A stretch of 64,000 nucleotides of DNA from Eledone cirrhosa (taxonomy: Eukaryota). The position numbers and the translations under genes were made by a program. How positions within the stretch are numbered: position 1 is the stretch's first letter; each line of letters starts with the position of its first letter. The notes beneath the pieces are model-generated. The model did no database searches, was not told the origin of the DNA, and was given only the letters and a program-made list of their open reading frames with translations. The DNA is taken from positions 10,664,001-10,728,000 of the forward strand of contig OZ024744.1 of NCBI GenBank assembly GCA_964016885.1. The letters are read 5' to 3'. Of the stretch, positions 1-14,770 are shown piece after piece.

Positions 1-3000
1 ATACTCCAATATGTCTTGCTGTTGTACTCCAATATGTTGTGTTGCTGTACTCCAATATGTTGTGTTGTTATTCTCCAATATGTTGTGCTGTTGTACTCCA
101 ATGTGTTATGTTGTTATACTCCAATATGTTGTGCTGTGCTACTCCAATATATTGTGTTGTTGTACTCCAATGTGTTGTGTTGTTATACTCTAATATGTTG
201 TGTTGACTTACTCCAATATGTTGTGTTGTTGTACTCCAATCTGTTGTGTTGTTATACTCCAATATGTTGTGTTGTTATACTCCAATATGTTGTGTTGTTT
301 TACTCCAATATGTTGTGTTGTTGTACTCCAATATGTTGTGTTGTTGTACTCCAATATGTTGTGTTGTTGTAATCCAATATCTTGTGTTGTTATACTCCAA
401 TATGTTGTGTTGTTGTACTCCAATATGTTGTGTTGTTATACTCCAATATGTTGTGTTGTGATACTCCAATATGTTGTGCTGTTGTACTCCAATATGTTGT
501 GTTGTTATACTCCAATATGTTGTGTTGTTTTACTCCAATATGTTGTTGTTGTACTCCAATATGTTGTATTGTTGTTCTCCAATATGTCATGTTATACTCC
601 AATAAGTTGTGTTCTTGTACTCCAATATGTTGTGTTGTTGTACTCCAATATATCATGTTGTCGTACTCCAATATGTCATGTTATACTCCAATATGTCGTT
701 GTTATACTCCAATATGTCATGTTGTTGTACTCCAATGTGTCGTATTGTTGTACTCCAATATGTTTTGATGTTGTACTCCAATATGTTGTGTTGTTGTACT
801 CCAATATGTTGTGTAGCCGTACTCCAATATGTTGTATTGTTATACTCCAATATGTTGTGTTGTTGTACTCCAATATGTTGTGTAGTCGTACTCCAATATG
901 TTGTATTGTTGTACTCCAATATGTCGTGTTGTTGTACTCCAATATGTTGTGTTGTTGTACTCCAATATGTTGTGCTGTTGTACTCCAATATGTTGTGTTG
1001 TTATACTCCAATATGTTATGTTGTTGTACTCCAATATGTCATGTTGTTGTACTCCAATATGTTTTGATGTTGTACTCCAATATGTTGTGTTGTTGTACTC
1101 CAATATGCTGTGTAGTCGTACTCCAATATGTTGTGTTGTTGTACTCCAATATGCTGTGATGTTGTACTCCAATATGATGTGCTGTTGTACTCCAATGCGT
1201 TGTGTTGTTGTACTCCAATATGCTGTGTTGTTATACTCCAATATGTTGTGTTGTTGTACTCCAATATGTTGTGTTGTTGTACTCTAATATGTTGTGTTGT
1301 TGTAATCCAATATCTTGTGTTGTTATACTCCAATATGTTGTGCTGTTGTACTCCAATATGTTGAGTTGTTATACTCCAATATGTAGTGTTGTTATACTCC
1401 AATATGTTGTGTTGTTGTACTCCAATCTGTGGCGTTATACTCCAATATGTTGTGTTGTTATACTCCAATATGTTGTGTTGTTATACTCCAATATGTTGTG
1501 TTGTTTTACTCCAATATGTTGTATTGTTGATCTCCAATATGTCATATTATACTCCAATAAGTTGTGTTCTTGTACTCCAATATGTGTTGTTGTTGTACTC
1601 CAATATGTTGCGTTGTTGTACTCCAATATATCATGTTGTCGTACTCCAATATGTCATGTTATACTCCAATATGTTTTGATGCTGTACTCCAATATGTTGT
1701 GTTGTTGTACTACAATATGTTGTGTTGTTGTACTCCAATATGTTGTGTTGTTATACTCCAATATGTTGTGCTGTTGTACTCCAATATGTTGTGTTGTTAT
1801 ACTCCAATATGTAGTGTTGTTATACTCCAATATGTTGTGTTGTTATACTCCAATCTGTTGTGTTGTTATACTCCAATATATTGTGTTGTTATACTCCAAT
1901 ATGTTGTGTTGTTTTACTCCAATATGTTGTGTTGTTGTACTCCAATATGTTGTATTGTTGTTCTCCAATATGTCATGTTATACTCCAATAAGTTGTGTTC
2001 TTGTACTCCAATATGTTGTGTTGTTGTACTCCAATATGTTGTGTTGTTGTACTCCAATATATCATGTTGTCGTACTCCAATATGTCATGTTATACTCCAA
2101 TATGTCGTTGTTATACTCCAATAGGTCATGATGTTGTACTCCAATATGTCGCGTAGTCGTACTCCAATATGTTGTGTTGTACTCCAATATGTTGTGCTGT
2201 TGTACTCCAATATGTTGTGTTGTTGTACTCCAATATGTTGTGTTGTTATACTCCAATATGTTGTGCTGTTGTACTCCAATATTTCGTGTTGTTGTACTCC
2301 AATACGTCGTGTTGTACTCCAATATGTTGTATTGTTATACTCCAATATGTTATGTTGTTGTACTCCAATATGTCTTGTTGTTGTACTCCAATATGTTTTG
2401 ATGTTGTACTCCAATATGTTGTGTTGTTGTACTCCAATATGTTTTGATGTTGTACTCCAATATGTTGTGTTGTTGTACTCCAATATGTTGTGTAGTCGTA
2501 CTCCAATATGTTGCGTTGTTGTACTCTAATGTGTTGTGTTGTTATTCTCCAATATGTTGTGATGTTGTACTCCAATGCGTTGTGTTGTTGTACTCCAATG
2601 TGATGTGTTGTTATACTCCAATATGTTGTGCTGTTGTATTCCAATATTTTTTGTTTTTTGTACTCCAATATGTTGTGTTGTTATACTCCAATATGTTGTG
2701 TTATTATACTCCAATATGTTGTGCTGTTGTACTCCAAATCTCGTGTTGTTATACTCCAATGTGTTGTGTTGTTATACTCCAATATGGTGTGTTGTTGTAC
2801 TCCAATATGTTGTATTGTTTTCTCCAATATGTCATGTTATACTCCAATATGGTGTGTTCGTGTACTTCAATATGTTGTGTTATTGTACTCCAATATGTTG
2901 CGTTGTTGTACTCCAATATGTTGTGTTGTTATACTCCAATATGTCGTGTGGCTGTACTCCAATATGTCATGTTGTTGTACTCCAATATGTCTTGTTATAG

Positions 3001-6000
3001 TCCAATATGTCGTGTTGTTGTACTCCAATATATCATGTAGTTGTACTCCAATATTTCGTCTTGTTGTGCCCCAATATGTAGTGTTGTTTATACTCCAATA
3101 TGTTTTGCTGTTGTACTCCAATATGTTGTGTTGCTGTACTCCTATATGTTGTGTTGTTATTCTCCAATATGTTGTGCTGTTGTACTCCAATGTGTTGTGT
3201 TGTTATACTCCAATATGTTGTGTTGATTTACTCCAATATGTTGTGTTGTTGTACTCTAATCTGTTGTGTTGTTATACTCCAATGTGTTGTGTTGTTATAC
3301 TCCAATATGTTGTGTTGTTGTAGTCCAATATGTTGTGTTGTCGTACTCCAATATGTTGTGTTGTTATACTCCAATATTTCGTGTGGTTGTACTCCAATAT
3401 GTCATGGTGTTGTACTTCAATATGTCGTGTTGTTTTACTCCAATATGTTGTCTTGCTGTACTCCAATATGTTGTATTGTTGTACTTCAATATGTTCTGTT
3501 GGTGTACTCCAATATATTGTGTTGTTGTACTCCAATATGTTGTGTTGTTGTACTCCAATATGCTGTGTTGTTGTACTCCAATATGTTGTGTTGTTATACT
3601 CCAATATGTTGTGTTGTTGTACTCCAATATCTTGTGTTGTTATACTCCAATATGTTGTGTTGTTATACTCCAATATGTTGTGTTGTTGTACTCCAATATG
3701 TTGTGCTGTTGTACTCCAATATGATGTGCTGTTATACTCCAATATGTTGTGTTGTTGTACTCCAATGTATTGTGTTGTTGTACTCCAATATGTTGTGCCG
3801 TTGTACACCAATATTTTTTTTGTTTTTGTACTCCAAAATGTTGTGTTGTTATACTCCAATATGTTGTGTTTTTATACACCAATATGGTGTGCTGTTGTAA
3901 TCCAATATGTTATGTTGTACTCCAATATGTTGTGTTGTTATACTCCAATATGTAGTGTTGTTATACTCCAATATGTTGTGTTGTTGTACTCCAATCTGTT
4001 GTGTTATACTCCAATATGTTGTGTTGTTATACTCCAATATGTTGTGTCGTTATACTCCAATATGTTGTGTTGTTTTACTCCAATATGTTGTGTTGTTGTA
4101 CTCCAATATGTTGTATTGTTGTTCTCCAATATGTCATGCTATACTCCAACATGTCGTGTTGTAGTACTCCAATATGTGTTGATGTTGTACTCCAATATGT
4201 TGTGTTGTTGTACTCCAATATGTTGTGTTGTTGTACTCCAATATGTTGTGTTGTTGTACTCCAATATGTTATGTTGTTATACTCCAATATGTTGTGCTGT
4301 TGTACTCCAATATGTCATGTTGTTGTACTCCGATATTTCGTGTTGTTCTACTCCAATATTTCGTGTTGTTGTACTCCAATATGTCGTGGTGTTGTACTCC
4401 AATATGTTTTGATGTTGTACTCCAATATGTCGTGTTGTTGTACTCCAATATGTTGTGTTGTTGTACTCCAATATGCTGTGTTGTTATACTCCTATATGTT
4501 GTGCTGTTGTACTTCAATATGTTGTGTTCTACTCCAATATGTTGTGTTGTTATACTCCAATATGTTGTGTTGTTGTACTCCAATATGTTGTGTTGTTGTA
4601 CTCCAATATGTGATGTTGTTGTACTCCAATATGTCGTATTGTTGTACTCCAATATATTGTGTTGTTATACTCCAATATTTCGTGTTGTTTTAGTCCAATA
4701 TGTCATGTTGTTTTACTCCAATATTTCGTGTTGTTGTACTCCAATATGTCATGGTGTTGTACTTGAATATGTCGTATTGTTGTACTCCAATATGTTGTGT
4801 TGTTGTTCTCCAATATGTCGTGTTGTTATACTCCAATATGTTATGATGTTGTACTCCAATATATTGTGTTGTTGTACTCCAATATGTTGTGTTGCTGTAC
4901 TCCAATATGTTGTGTCGTTGTACTCCAATATGTTGTGTTGTTGTACTCCAATATGTTGTGTTGTTGTACTCCAATATGTTGTGTTGTTGTACTCCAATAT
5001 GTTGTGTTGTTGTACTCCAATATGTTGTGTTGTTGTACTTCAATATGTTGTGTTGTTGTACTCCAATAGGTTGTGTTGTTATACTCCAATATGTTGTGCT
5101 GTTGTACTCCAGTATTTCGTGTAGTTGTACTCCAATACGTCGTGTTGTTGTACTCCAATATGTTTTGATGTTGTACTCCAATATGTTGTGTTGTTGTACT
5201 CCAATATGTTTTGATGTTGTACTCCAATATGTTGTGTTGTTGTACTCCAATATCTTGTGTAGTCGTACTCCAATATGTTACGTTGTTGTACTCCAATATG
5301 CTGTGATGTTGTACTCCAATATGATGTGATGTTGTACTCCAATGCGTTGTATTGTTGTACTCCAATGTGATGTGTTGTTGTACTCCAATATGTTGTGCCG
5401 TTCTACTCCAATATTTTTTATTTTTGTACTCCAATATGTTGTGTTGTTATACTCCAATATGTTGTGTTGTTATACTCCAATATGTTGTGCTGTTGTACTC
5501 CAAATCTCGTGTTGTTATACTCCAATGTGTTGTGTTGTTATACTCCAATATGGTGTGTTGTTGTACTCCAATATGTTGTATTGTTTTTTTTTCAATATGT
5601 CATGTTATACTCCAATATGTTGTGTTCGTGTACTCCAATATGTTGTGTTATTATACTCCAATATGTTGCGTTGTTGTACTCCAATATGTTGTGTTGTTAT
5701 ACTCCAATATGTTGTGTTGTTGTACTCCAATATGTTGTCTTGTTGTACTCCAAAAGGCCATGTTATCGTACTCCAATATGTCTTGTTATACTCCAATATG
5801 TCGTGTGGCTGTACTCCAATATGTCATGTTGTTGTACTCCAATATGTCTTGTTATAGTCCAATATGTCGTGTTGTTGTACTCCAATATGTCATGTAGTTG
5901 TATTCCAATATTTCGTGTTGTTGTACCCCAATATGTCGTGTTGTTTATACTCCAATATGTTTTGCTGTTGTACTCCAATGTGTTATGTTGTTATACTCCA

Positions 6001-9000
6001 ATATGTTGTACTGTGCTACTCCAATATATTGTGTTGTTGTACTCCAATGTGTTGTGTTGTTATACTCCAATATGTTGTGTTGATTTACTCCAATATGTTG
6101 TGTTGTTGTACTCCAATCTGTTGTGTTGTTATACTCCAATATGTTGTGTTGATTTACTCCAATATGTTGTGTTGTTGTACTACAATATGTTGTGTTGTTG
6201 TACTCCAATATGTTGTGTTGTTGTACTCCAATATGTTGTGTTGTTGTAATCCAATATCTTGTGTTGTTATACTCCAATATGTTGTGTTGTTGTACTCCAA
6301 TATGTTGTGTTGTTATACTCCAATATGTTGTGTTGTGATACTCCAATATGTTGTGCTGTTGTACTCCAATATGTTGTGTTGTTATACTCCAATATGTTGT
6401 GTTATTTTACTCCAATATGTTGTGTTGTTGTACTCCAATATGTTGTATTGTTGTTCTCCAATATGTCATGTTATACTCCAATAAATTGTGTTCTTGTACT
6501 CCAATATGTTGTGTTGTTGTACCCTAATATATCATGTTGTCGTACTCTAATATGTCATGTTATACTCCAATATGTCGTTGTTATACTCCTATATGTCATG
6601 TTGTTGTACTCCAATATGTCGTATTGTTGTACTCCAATATGTTTTGATGTTGTACTCCAATATGTTGTGTTGTTGTACTCCAATATGTTGTGTGGTCGTA
6701 CTCCAATATGTTGTATTGTTATACTCCAATATGTTGTGCTGTTGTACTCCAATATGTTCTGTTGTTGTACTCCAATATATTGTGTTGCTGTACTCCAATA
6801 TGTTGTGTTGTTGTACTCCAATATGTTGTGTTGTTGTACTCCAATATGTTGTGTTGTTGTACTCCAATATGTTGTGTTGTTATACTCCAATATGTTATGT
6901 TGTTGTACTCCAATATGTCATGTTGTTGTACTCCAATATGTTTTGATGTTGTACTCCAATATCTTGTGTTGTTGTACTCCAATATGTTTTGATGTTGTAC
7001 TCCAATATGTTGTGTTGTTGTACTCCAATATGTTGTGTAGTCGTACTCCAATATGTTGTGTTGTTGTACTCAAATATGATGTGATGTTGTACTCCAATAT
7101 GATGTGCTGTTGTACTCCAATGCGTTGTGTTGTTGTACTCCAATATGCTGTGTTGTTATACTCCAATATGTTGTGTTGTTATACTCCAATATGTTGTGTT
7201 GGTGTAATCCAATATCTTGTGTTATTTTACTCCAATATGTTGTGTTGTTGTACTCCAATATGTTGTGTTGTTGTACTCCAATATGTTGTGTTGTTGTAAT
7301 CCAATATCTTGTGTTGTTATACTCCAATATGTTGTGCTGTTGTACTCCAATATGTTGAGTTGTTATACTCCAATATGTAGTGTTGTTATACTCCAATATG
7401 TTGTGTTGTTGTACTCCAATTTGTTGCGTTATACTCCAATATGTTGTGTTGTTATACTCCAATATGTTGTGTTGTTTTACTCCAATATGTTGTATTGTTG
7501 ATCTCCAATATGTCATATTATACTCCAATAAGTTGTGTTCTTGTACTCCAATATGTTTTGTTGTTGTACTCCAATATGTTGCTTTGTTGTACTCCAATAT
7601 ATCATGTTGTCGTACTGCAATATGTCATGTTATACTCCAATATGTTTTGATGCTGTACTCCAATATGTTGTGTTGTTGTACTACAATATGTTGTGTTGTT
7701 GTACTCCAATATGTTGTGTTGTTATACTCCAATATGTTGTGCTGTTGTACTCCAATATGTTGTGTTGTTTTACTCCAATATGTTGTGTTGTTGTACTCCA
7801 ATATGTTGTATTGTTGTTCTCCAATATGTCATGTTATACTCCAATAAGTTGTGTCCTTGTACTCCAATATGTTGTGTTGTTGTACTCCAATATGTTGTGT
7901 TGTTGTACTCCAATATATCATGTTGTCGTACTCCAATATGTCATGATGTTGTACTCCAATATGTCGTGTTCTTGTACTCCAATATGTCGTGTTGTCGTAC
8001 TGCAATATGTTGTGTTGTTGTACTCCAATATGTTGTGCTGTTGTACTCCAATATGTTGTGCTGTTGTACTCCAATATGTTGTGTTGTTATACTCCAATAT
8101 GTTGTGCTGTTGTACTCCAATATTTCGTGTTGTTGTACTCCAATACGTCGTGTTGTACTCCAATATGTTGTGTTGTTATACTCCAATATGTTATGTTGTT
8201 GTACTCCAATATGTCTTGTTGTTGTACTCCAATATGTTTTGATGTTGTACTCCAATATGTTGTGTTGTTGTACTCCAATATGTTTTGATGTTATACTCCA
8301 ATATGTTGTGTTGTTGTACTCCAATATGTTGTGTAGTCGTACTCCAATATGGTGTGTTGTTGTACTCCAATATGCTGTGGTGTTATACTCCAATATGATG
8401 TGATGTTGTACTCCAATATGTTGTGTTGTTGTACTCCAATATGTTGTGCTGTTGTACTCCAATATGTTGTGTTGTTATACTCCAATATGTTGTGCTGTTG
8501 TACTCCACATCTCATGTTGTTATACTCCAATGTGTTGTGTTGTTATACTCCAATATGGTGTGTTGTTGTACTCCAATATGTTGTATTGTTTTCTCCAATA
8601 TGTCATGTTATACTCCAATATGGTGTGTTCGTGTACTCCAATATGTTGTGTTATTGTACTCCAATATGTTGCGTTGTTGTACTCCAATATGTTGTGTTGT
8701 TATACTCCAATATGTCGTGTGGCTGTACTCCAATATGTCATGTTGTTGTACTCCAATATGTCTTGTTATAGTCCAATATGTCGTGTTGTTGTACTCCAAT
8801 ATATCATGTAGTTGTACTCCAATATTTCGTGTTGTTGTACCCCAATATGTAGTGTTGTTTATACTCCAATATGTTTTGTTGTTGTACTCCAATATGTTGT
8901 GTTGCTGTACTCCTATAAGTTGTGTTGTTATTCTTCAATATGTTGTGCTGTTGTACTCCAATGTGTTGTGTTGTTATACTCCAATATGTTGTGTTGATTT

Positions 9001-11667
9001 ACTCCAATATGTTGTGTTGTTGTACTCCAATCTGTTGTGTTGTTATACTCCAATGTGTTGTGTTGTTATACTCCAATATGTTGTGTTGTTGTAGTCCAAT
9101 ATGTTGTGTTGTTGTACTCCAATATGTTGTGTTGTCGTACTCCAATATGTGATGTTGTACTCCAATATGTCCTGTTGTTGTACTCCAATATGTTGTGTTG
9201 TTATACTCCAATATTTCGTGTGGTTGTACTCCAATATGTCACGGTGTTGTACTTCAATATGTCGTGTTGTTGTACTCCAATATGTTGTCTTGCTGTACTC
9301 CAATCTGTTGTATTGTTGTACTCCAATATGTTCTGTTGTTGTACTCCAATATATTGTGTTGTTGTACTCCAATATGTTGTGTTGTTGTACTCCAATATGC
9401 TGTGTTGTTGTACTCCAATATGTTGTGTTGTTATACTCCAATATCTTGTGTTGTTATACTCCAATATGTTGTGTTGTTATACTCCAATATGTTGTGTTGT
9501 TGTACTCCAATATGTTGTGCTGTTGTACTCCAATATGATGGGCTGTTGTACTCCAATATGTTGTGTTGTTGTACTCCAATGTGTTGTGTTGTTGTACTCC
9601 AATATGTTATGCCGTTGTACTCCAATATTTTTTTGTTTTTGTACTCCAAAATGTTGTGTTGTTGTACTCCAATATGTCATGTTGTTGTACTCCAGTATGT
9701 CTTGTTATACTCCAATATGTCGTGTTGCTGTACTCCAATATATCATGCTGTTGTACTCCAATATTTCGTGTCGTTGTACTCCAATATGTCGTGCTTTTGT
9801 ACTCCAATATGTTTTGCTGTTGTACTCCACTGTGTTGTGTTGTTGAACTCCAATATGTTGTGTTGTTGTTCTCCAATATTTTGTGCTGTTGTACTCCAAT
9901 GTGTTGTGTTGTTATACTCCAATATGTTGTGTTGTGATACTCCAATGTGTTGTGTTGTTGTACTCCAATATGTTGTGTTGTTGTACTCCAATATGTTGTG
10001 TTGTTATACTCCAATGTGGTGTGCTGTTGTAATCCAATATGCTGTGTTGTACTCCAATATGTTGTGTTGTTATACTCCAATATGTAGTGTTGTTATACTC
10101 CAATATGTTGTGTTGTTGTACTCCAATCTGTTGTGTTATACTCCAATATGTTGTGTTGTTATACTCCAATATGTTGTGTCGTTATACTCCAATATGTTGT
10201 GTCGTTATACTCCAATATGTTGTGTTGTTGTACTCCAATATGTTGTGTTGTTGTACTCCAATATGTTGTGTTGTTATACTCCAATATGTTGTGTTGTTGT
10301 ACTCCAATCTGTTGTATTATACTCCAATATGTTGTGTTGTTATACTCCAATATGTTGTGTCGTTATACTCCAATATGTTGTGTGGTTTTACTCCAATATG
10401 TTGTGTCCTTGTACTCCAATATGTTTTGTTGTTGTACTCCAATATGTTGTGTTGTTGTACTCCAATATATCATGTTGTCGTACTCCAATATGTCATGTTA
10501 TACTCCAATATGTCGTTGTTATACTCCAATATGTCATGTTGCTGTACTCCAACATGTCGTGTTGTAGTACTCCAATATGTTTTGATGTTGTACCCCAATA
10601 TGTTGTGTTGTTGTACTCCAATATGTTGTGTTGTTGTACTCCAATATGTTGTGTTGTTATACTCCAATATGTTGTGCTGTTGTACTCCAATATGTTATGT
10701 TGTTGTACTCCGATATTTCGTGTTGTTCTACTCCAATATTTCGTGTTGTTGTACTCCAATATGTCGTGGTGTTGTACTCCAATATGTTTTGATGTTGTAC
10801 TCCAATATGTCGTGTTGTTGTACTCCAATATGTTGTGTTGTTGTACTCCAATAAGCTGTGTTGTTATACTCCTATATGTTGTGCTGTTGTACTTCAATAT
10901 GTTGTGTTGTACTCCAATATGTTGTGTTGATATACTCAAATATGTTGTGTTGTTGTACTCCAATATGTTGTGTTGTTGTACTCCAATATGTTGTGTTGTT
11001 GTACTCCAATATGTCGTATTGTTGTACTCCAATATTTCGTGTTGTTGTACTCCAATATGTCATGGTGTTGTACTTCAATATGTCGTATTGTTGTACTCCA
11101 ATATGTTGTGTTGTTGTTCTCCGATATGTCGTGTTGTTATACTCCAATATGTCATGATGTTGTACTCCAATATATTGTGTTGTTGTACTCCAATATGTTG
11201 TGTTGCTGTACTCCAATATGTTGTGTCGTTGTACTCCAATATGTTGTGTTGTTATACTCCAATATGTTGTGCTGTTGTACTCCAATATGTCATGTTGTTG
11301 TACTTCGATATTTCGTGTTGTTGTACTCCAATATGTCGTGTTTTTGTACTCCAATATGTTTTGATGTTGTACTCCAATATGTTGTGTTGCTGTACTCCAA
11401 TATGTTGTATTGTTGTACTCCAATATACTGTGTTGTTATACTCCCATATGTTGTGCTGTTGTACTCCAATATGTTGTGTTGTACTCCAATATGTTGTGTT
11501 GTTATACTCCAATATGTTGTGTTGTTGTACTCCAATATGTTGTGTTGTTGTACTCCAATATGTGATGTTGTTGTACTCCAATATGTCGTGATGTTGTACT
11601 CCAATATGTTGTGTTGTTATACTCCACTATTTCGTGTTGTTATACTCCAATATGTTGTGTTGTTGTA

Positions 11668-12213
11668 CTCCAATATGTTGTTTTGTTGTACTCCAATATG
11701 TCATGTTGTTGTACTCCAGTATGTCTTGTTATACTCCAATATGTCGTGTTGCTGTACTCCAATATGTCATGCTGTTGTACTCCAATATGTTTTGTTGTTA
11801 TACTCCACTGTGTTGTGTTGTTGAACTCCAATATGTTGTGTTGTTGTTCTCCAATATTTTGTGATCTTGTACTCCAATGTGTTGTGTTGTTATACTCCAA
11901 TATGTTGTGTTGTTATACTCCAATATGTTGTGTTGTTATACTCCAATATGTTGTTTTGTTGTACTCCAATATGTCATGTTGTTGTACTCCAGTATGTCTT
12001 GTTATACTCCAATATGTCGTGTTGCTGTACTCCAATATGTCATGTTGTTGTACTCCAATATGTTTTGCTGTTGTACTCCACTGTGTTGTGTTGTTGAACT
12101 CCAATATGTTGTGTTGTTGTTCTCCAATATTTTGTGATCTTGTACTCCAATGTGTTGTGTTGTTATACTCCAATATGTTGTGTTGTTATACTCCAATATG
12201 TTGTGTTGTTATA
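11668..12213. repeat. 273-bp (12-monomer) tandem duplication
   Basis: GTTGTTTTG at 11677 and 11950, each followed by CCAGTATG, CCACTGTG, TTGAACTCC and GTGATCTTG at +273. 273 = 11x23 + 20. ORFs 11640..11900 and 11913..12173 are offset by 273. Confidence 0.9.
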
Positions 12214-14770
12214 CTCCAATATGTTGTGTTGTTGTACTCCAATATGTTGTGTTGTGATACTCCAATATGTTGTGCTGTTGTACTCCAATATGTTGAGTTG
12301 TTATACTCCAATATGTAGTGTTGTTATACTTCAATATGTTTTGTTGTTGTACTCCAATATGTTGTGTTGTTGTACTCCAATATGTTGTGTTGTTGTACTC
12401 CAATATGTTGTGTTGTCGTACTCCAATATGCGATGTTGTTGTACTCCAATATGTCGCGTTGTTGTACTCCAATATGTTGTGTTGTTATACTCCAATATTT
12501 CGTGTTGTTTTACTCCAATATGTCATGCTGTTGTACTCCAATATGTTTTGCTGTTGTACTCCACTGTGTTGTGTTGTTGAACTCCAATATGTTGTGTTGT
12601 TGTTCTCCAATATTTTGTGCTGTTGTACTCCAATTTGTGTTGTTGTACTCCAATATGTTGTGTTGTTGTACTCCAATATGTTGTGTTGTTGTACTCCAAT
12701 ATGTTGTGTTGTTGTACTCCAATATGTTGTGTTGTTATACTCCAATATGTTGTGCTGCTGTACTCCAATATTTCGTGTTGTTGTACTCCAATACGTCGTC
12801 TTGTTGTACTCCAATATGTTTTGATGTTGTACTCCAATATGTTGTGTTGTTGTACTCCAATATGTTTTGATGTTGTACTCCAATATGTTGTGTTGCTATA
12901 CTCCAATGCGTTGTGTTGTTGTACTCCAATGTGATGTGTTGTTGTACTCCAATATGTTGTGCCGTTGTACTCTAATATTTTTTATTTTTGTAATCCAATA
13001 TGTTGTGTTGTTATACTCCAATATGTTGTGTTGTTATACTCCAATATGTTGTGCAGTTGTACTCCAAATCTCGTGTTGTTATACTCCAATGTGTTGTGTT
13101 GTTATACTCCAATATGGTGTGTTGTTGTACTCCAATGTGTTGTATTGTTTTTTTTCCAATATGTCATGTTATACTCCAATATGTTGTGTTCGTGTACTCC
13201 AATATGTTGTGTTATTGTACTACAATATGTTGCGTTGTTGTACTCCAATATGTTGTGTTGTTATACTCCAATATGTTGTGTTGTTGTACTCCAATATGTT
13301 GTCTTGTTGTACTCCAAAAGGCCATGTTACCGTACTCCAATATGTCTTGTTATACTCCAATATGTCGTGTGGCTGTACTCCAATATGTCATGTTGTTGTA
13401 CTCCAATATGTCTTGTTATAGTCCAATATGTCGTGTTGTTGTACTCCAATATGTCATGTAGTTGTATTCCAATATTTCGTGTTGTTGTACCCCAATATGT
13501 CGTGTTGTTTATACTCCAATATGTTTTTCTGTTGTACTCCAATATGTTGTGTTGCTGTACTCCAATATGTTGTGTTGTTATTCTCCAATATGTTGTGCTG
13601 TTGTACTCCAATGTGTTATGTTGTTATACTCCAATATGTTGTGCTGTGCTACTCCAATATATTGTGTTGTTGTACTCCAATGTGTTGTGTTGTTATACTC
13701 CAATATGTTGTGTTGATTTACTCCAATATGTTGTGTTGTTGTACTCCAATCTGTTGTGTTGTTATACTCCAATATGTTGTGTTGTTATACTCCAATATGT
13801 TGTGTTGTTTTACTCCAATATGTTGTGTTGTTGTACTCCAATATGTTGTGTTGTTGTACTCCAATATGTTGTGTTGTTGTAATCCAATATCTTGTGTTGT
13901 TATACTCCAATATATTGTGTTGTTGTACTCCAATATGTTGTGTTGTTATACTCCAATATGTTGTGTTGTGATACTCCAATATGTTGTGCTGTTGTACTCC
14001 AATATGTTGTGTTGTTATACTCCAATATGTTGTGTTGTTTTACTCCAATATGTTGTGTTGTTGTACTCCAGTATGTTGTATTGTTGTTCTCCAATATGTC
14101 ATGTTATACTCCAATAAGTTGTGTTGTTGTACTCCAATATGTTTTGATGTTGTACTCCAATATGTTGTGTTGTTGTACTCCAATATGTTGTGTAGTCGTA
14201 CTCCAATATGTTGTGTTGTTGTACTCCAATATGATGTGATGTTGTACTCCAATATGATGTGCTGTTGTACTCCAATGCGTTGTGTTGTTGTACTCCAATA
14301 TGCTGTGTTGTTATACTCCAATATGTCGTTGTTATACTCCAATATGTCATGTTGCTGTACTCCAAAATGTCGTGTTGTAGTACTCCAATATGTGTTGATG
14401 TTGTACTCCAATATGTTGTGTTGTTGTACTCCAATATGTTGTGTTGTTGTACTCCAATATGTTGTGTTGTTATACTCCAATATGTTGTGCTGTTGTACTC
14501 CAATATGTCATGTTGTTGTACTCCGATATTTCGTGTTGTTCTACTCCAATATTTCGTGTTGTTGTACTCCAATATGTCGTGGTGTTGTACTCCAATATGT
14601 TTTGATGTTGTACTCCAATATGTCGTGTTGTTGTACTCCAATATGTTGTGTTGTTGTACTCCAATATGCTGTGTTGTTATACTCCTATATGTTGTGCTGT
14701 TGTACTTCAATATGTTGTGTTCTACTCCAATATGTTGTGTTGTTATACTCCAATATGTTGTGTTGTTGTA

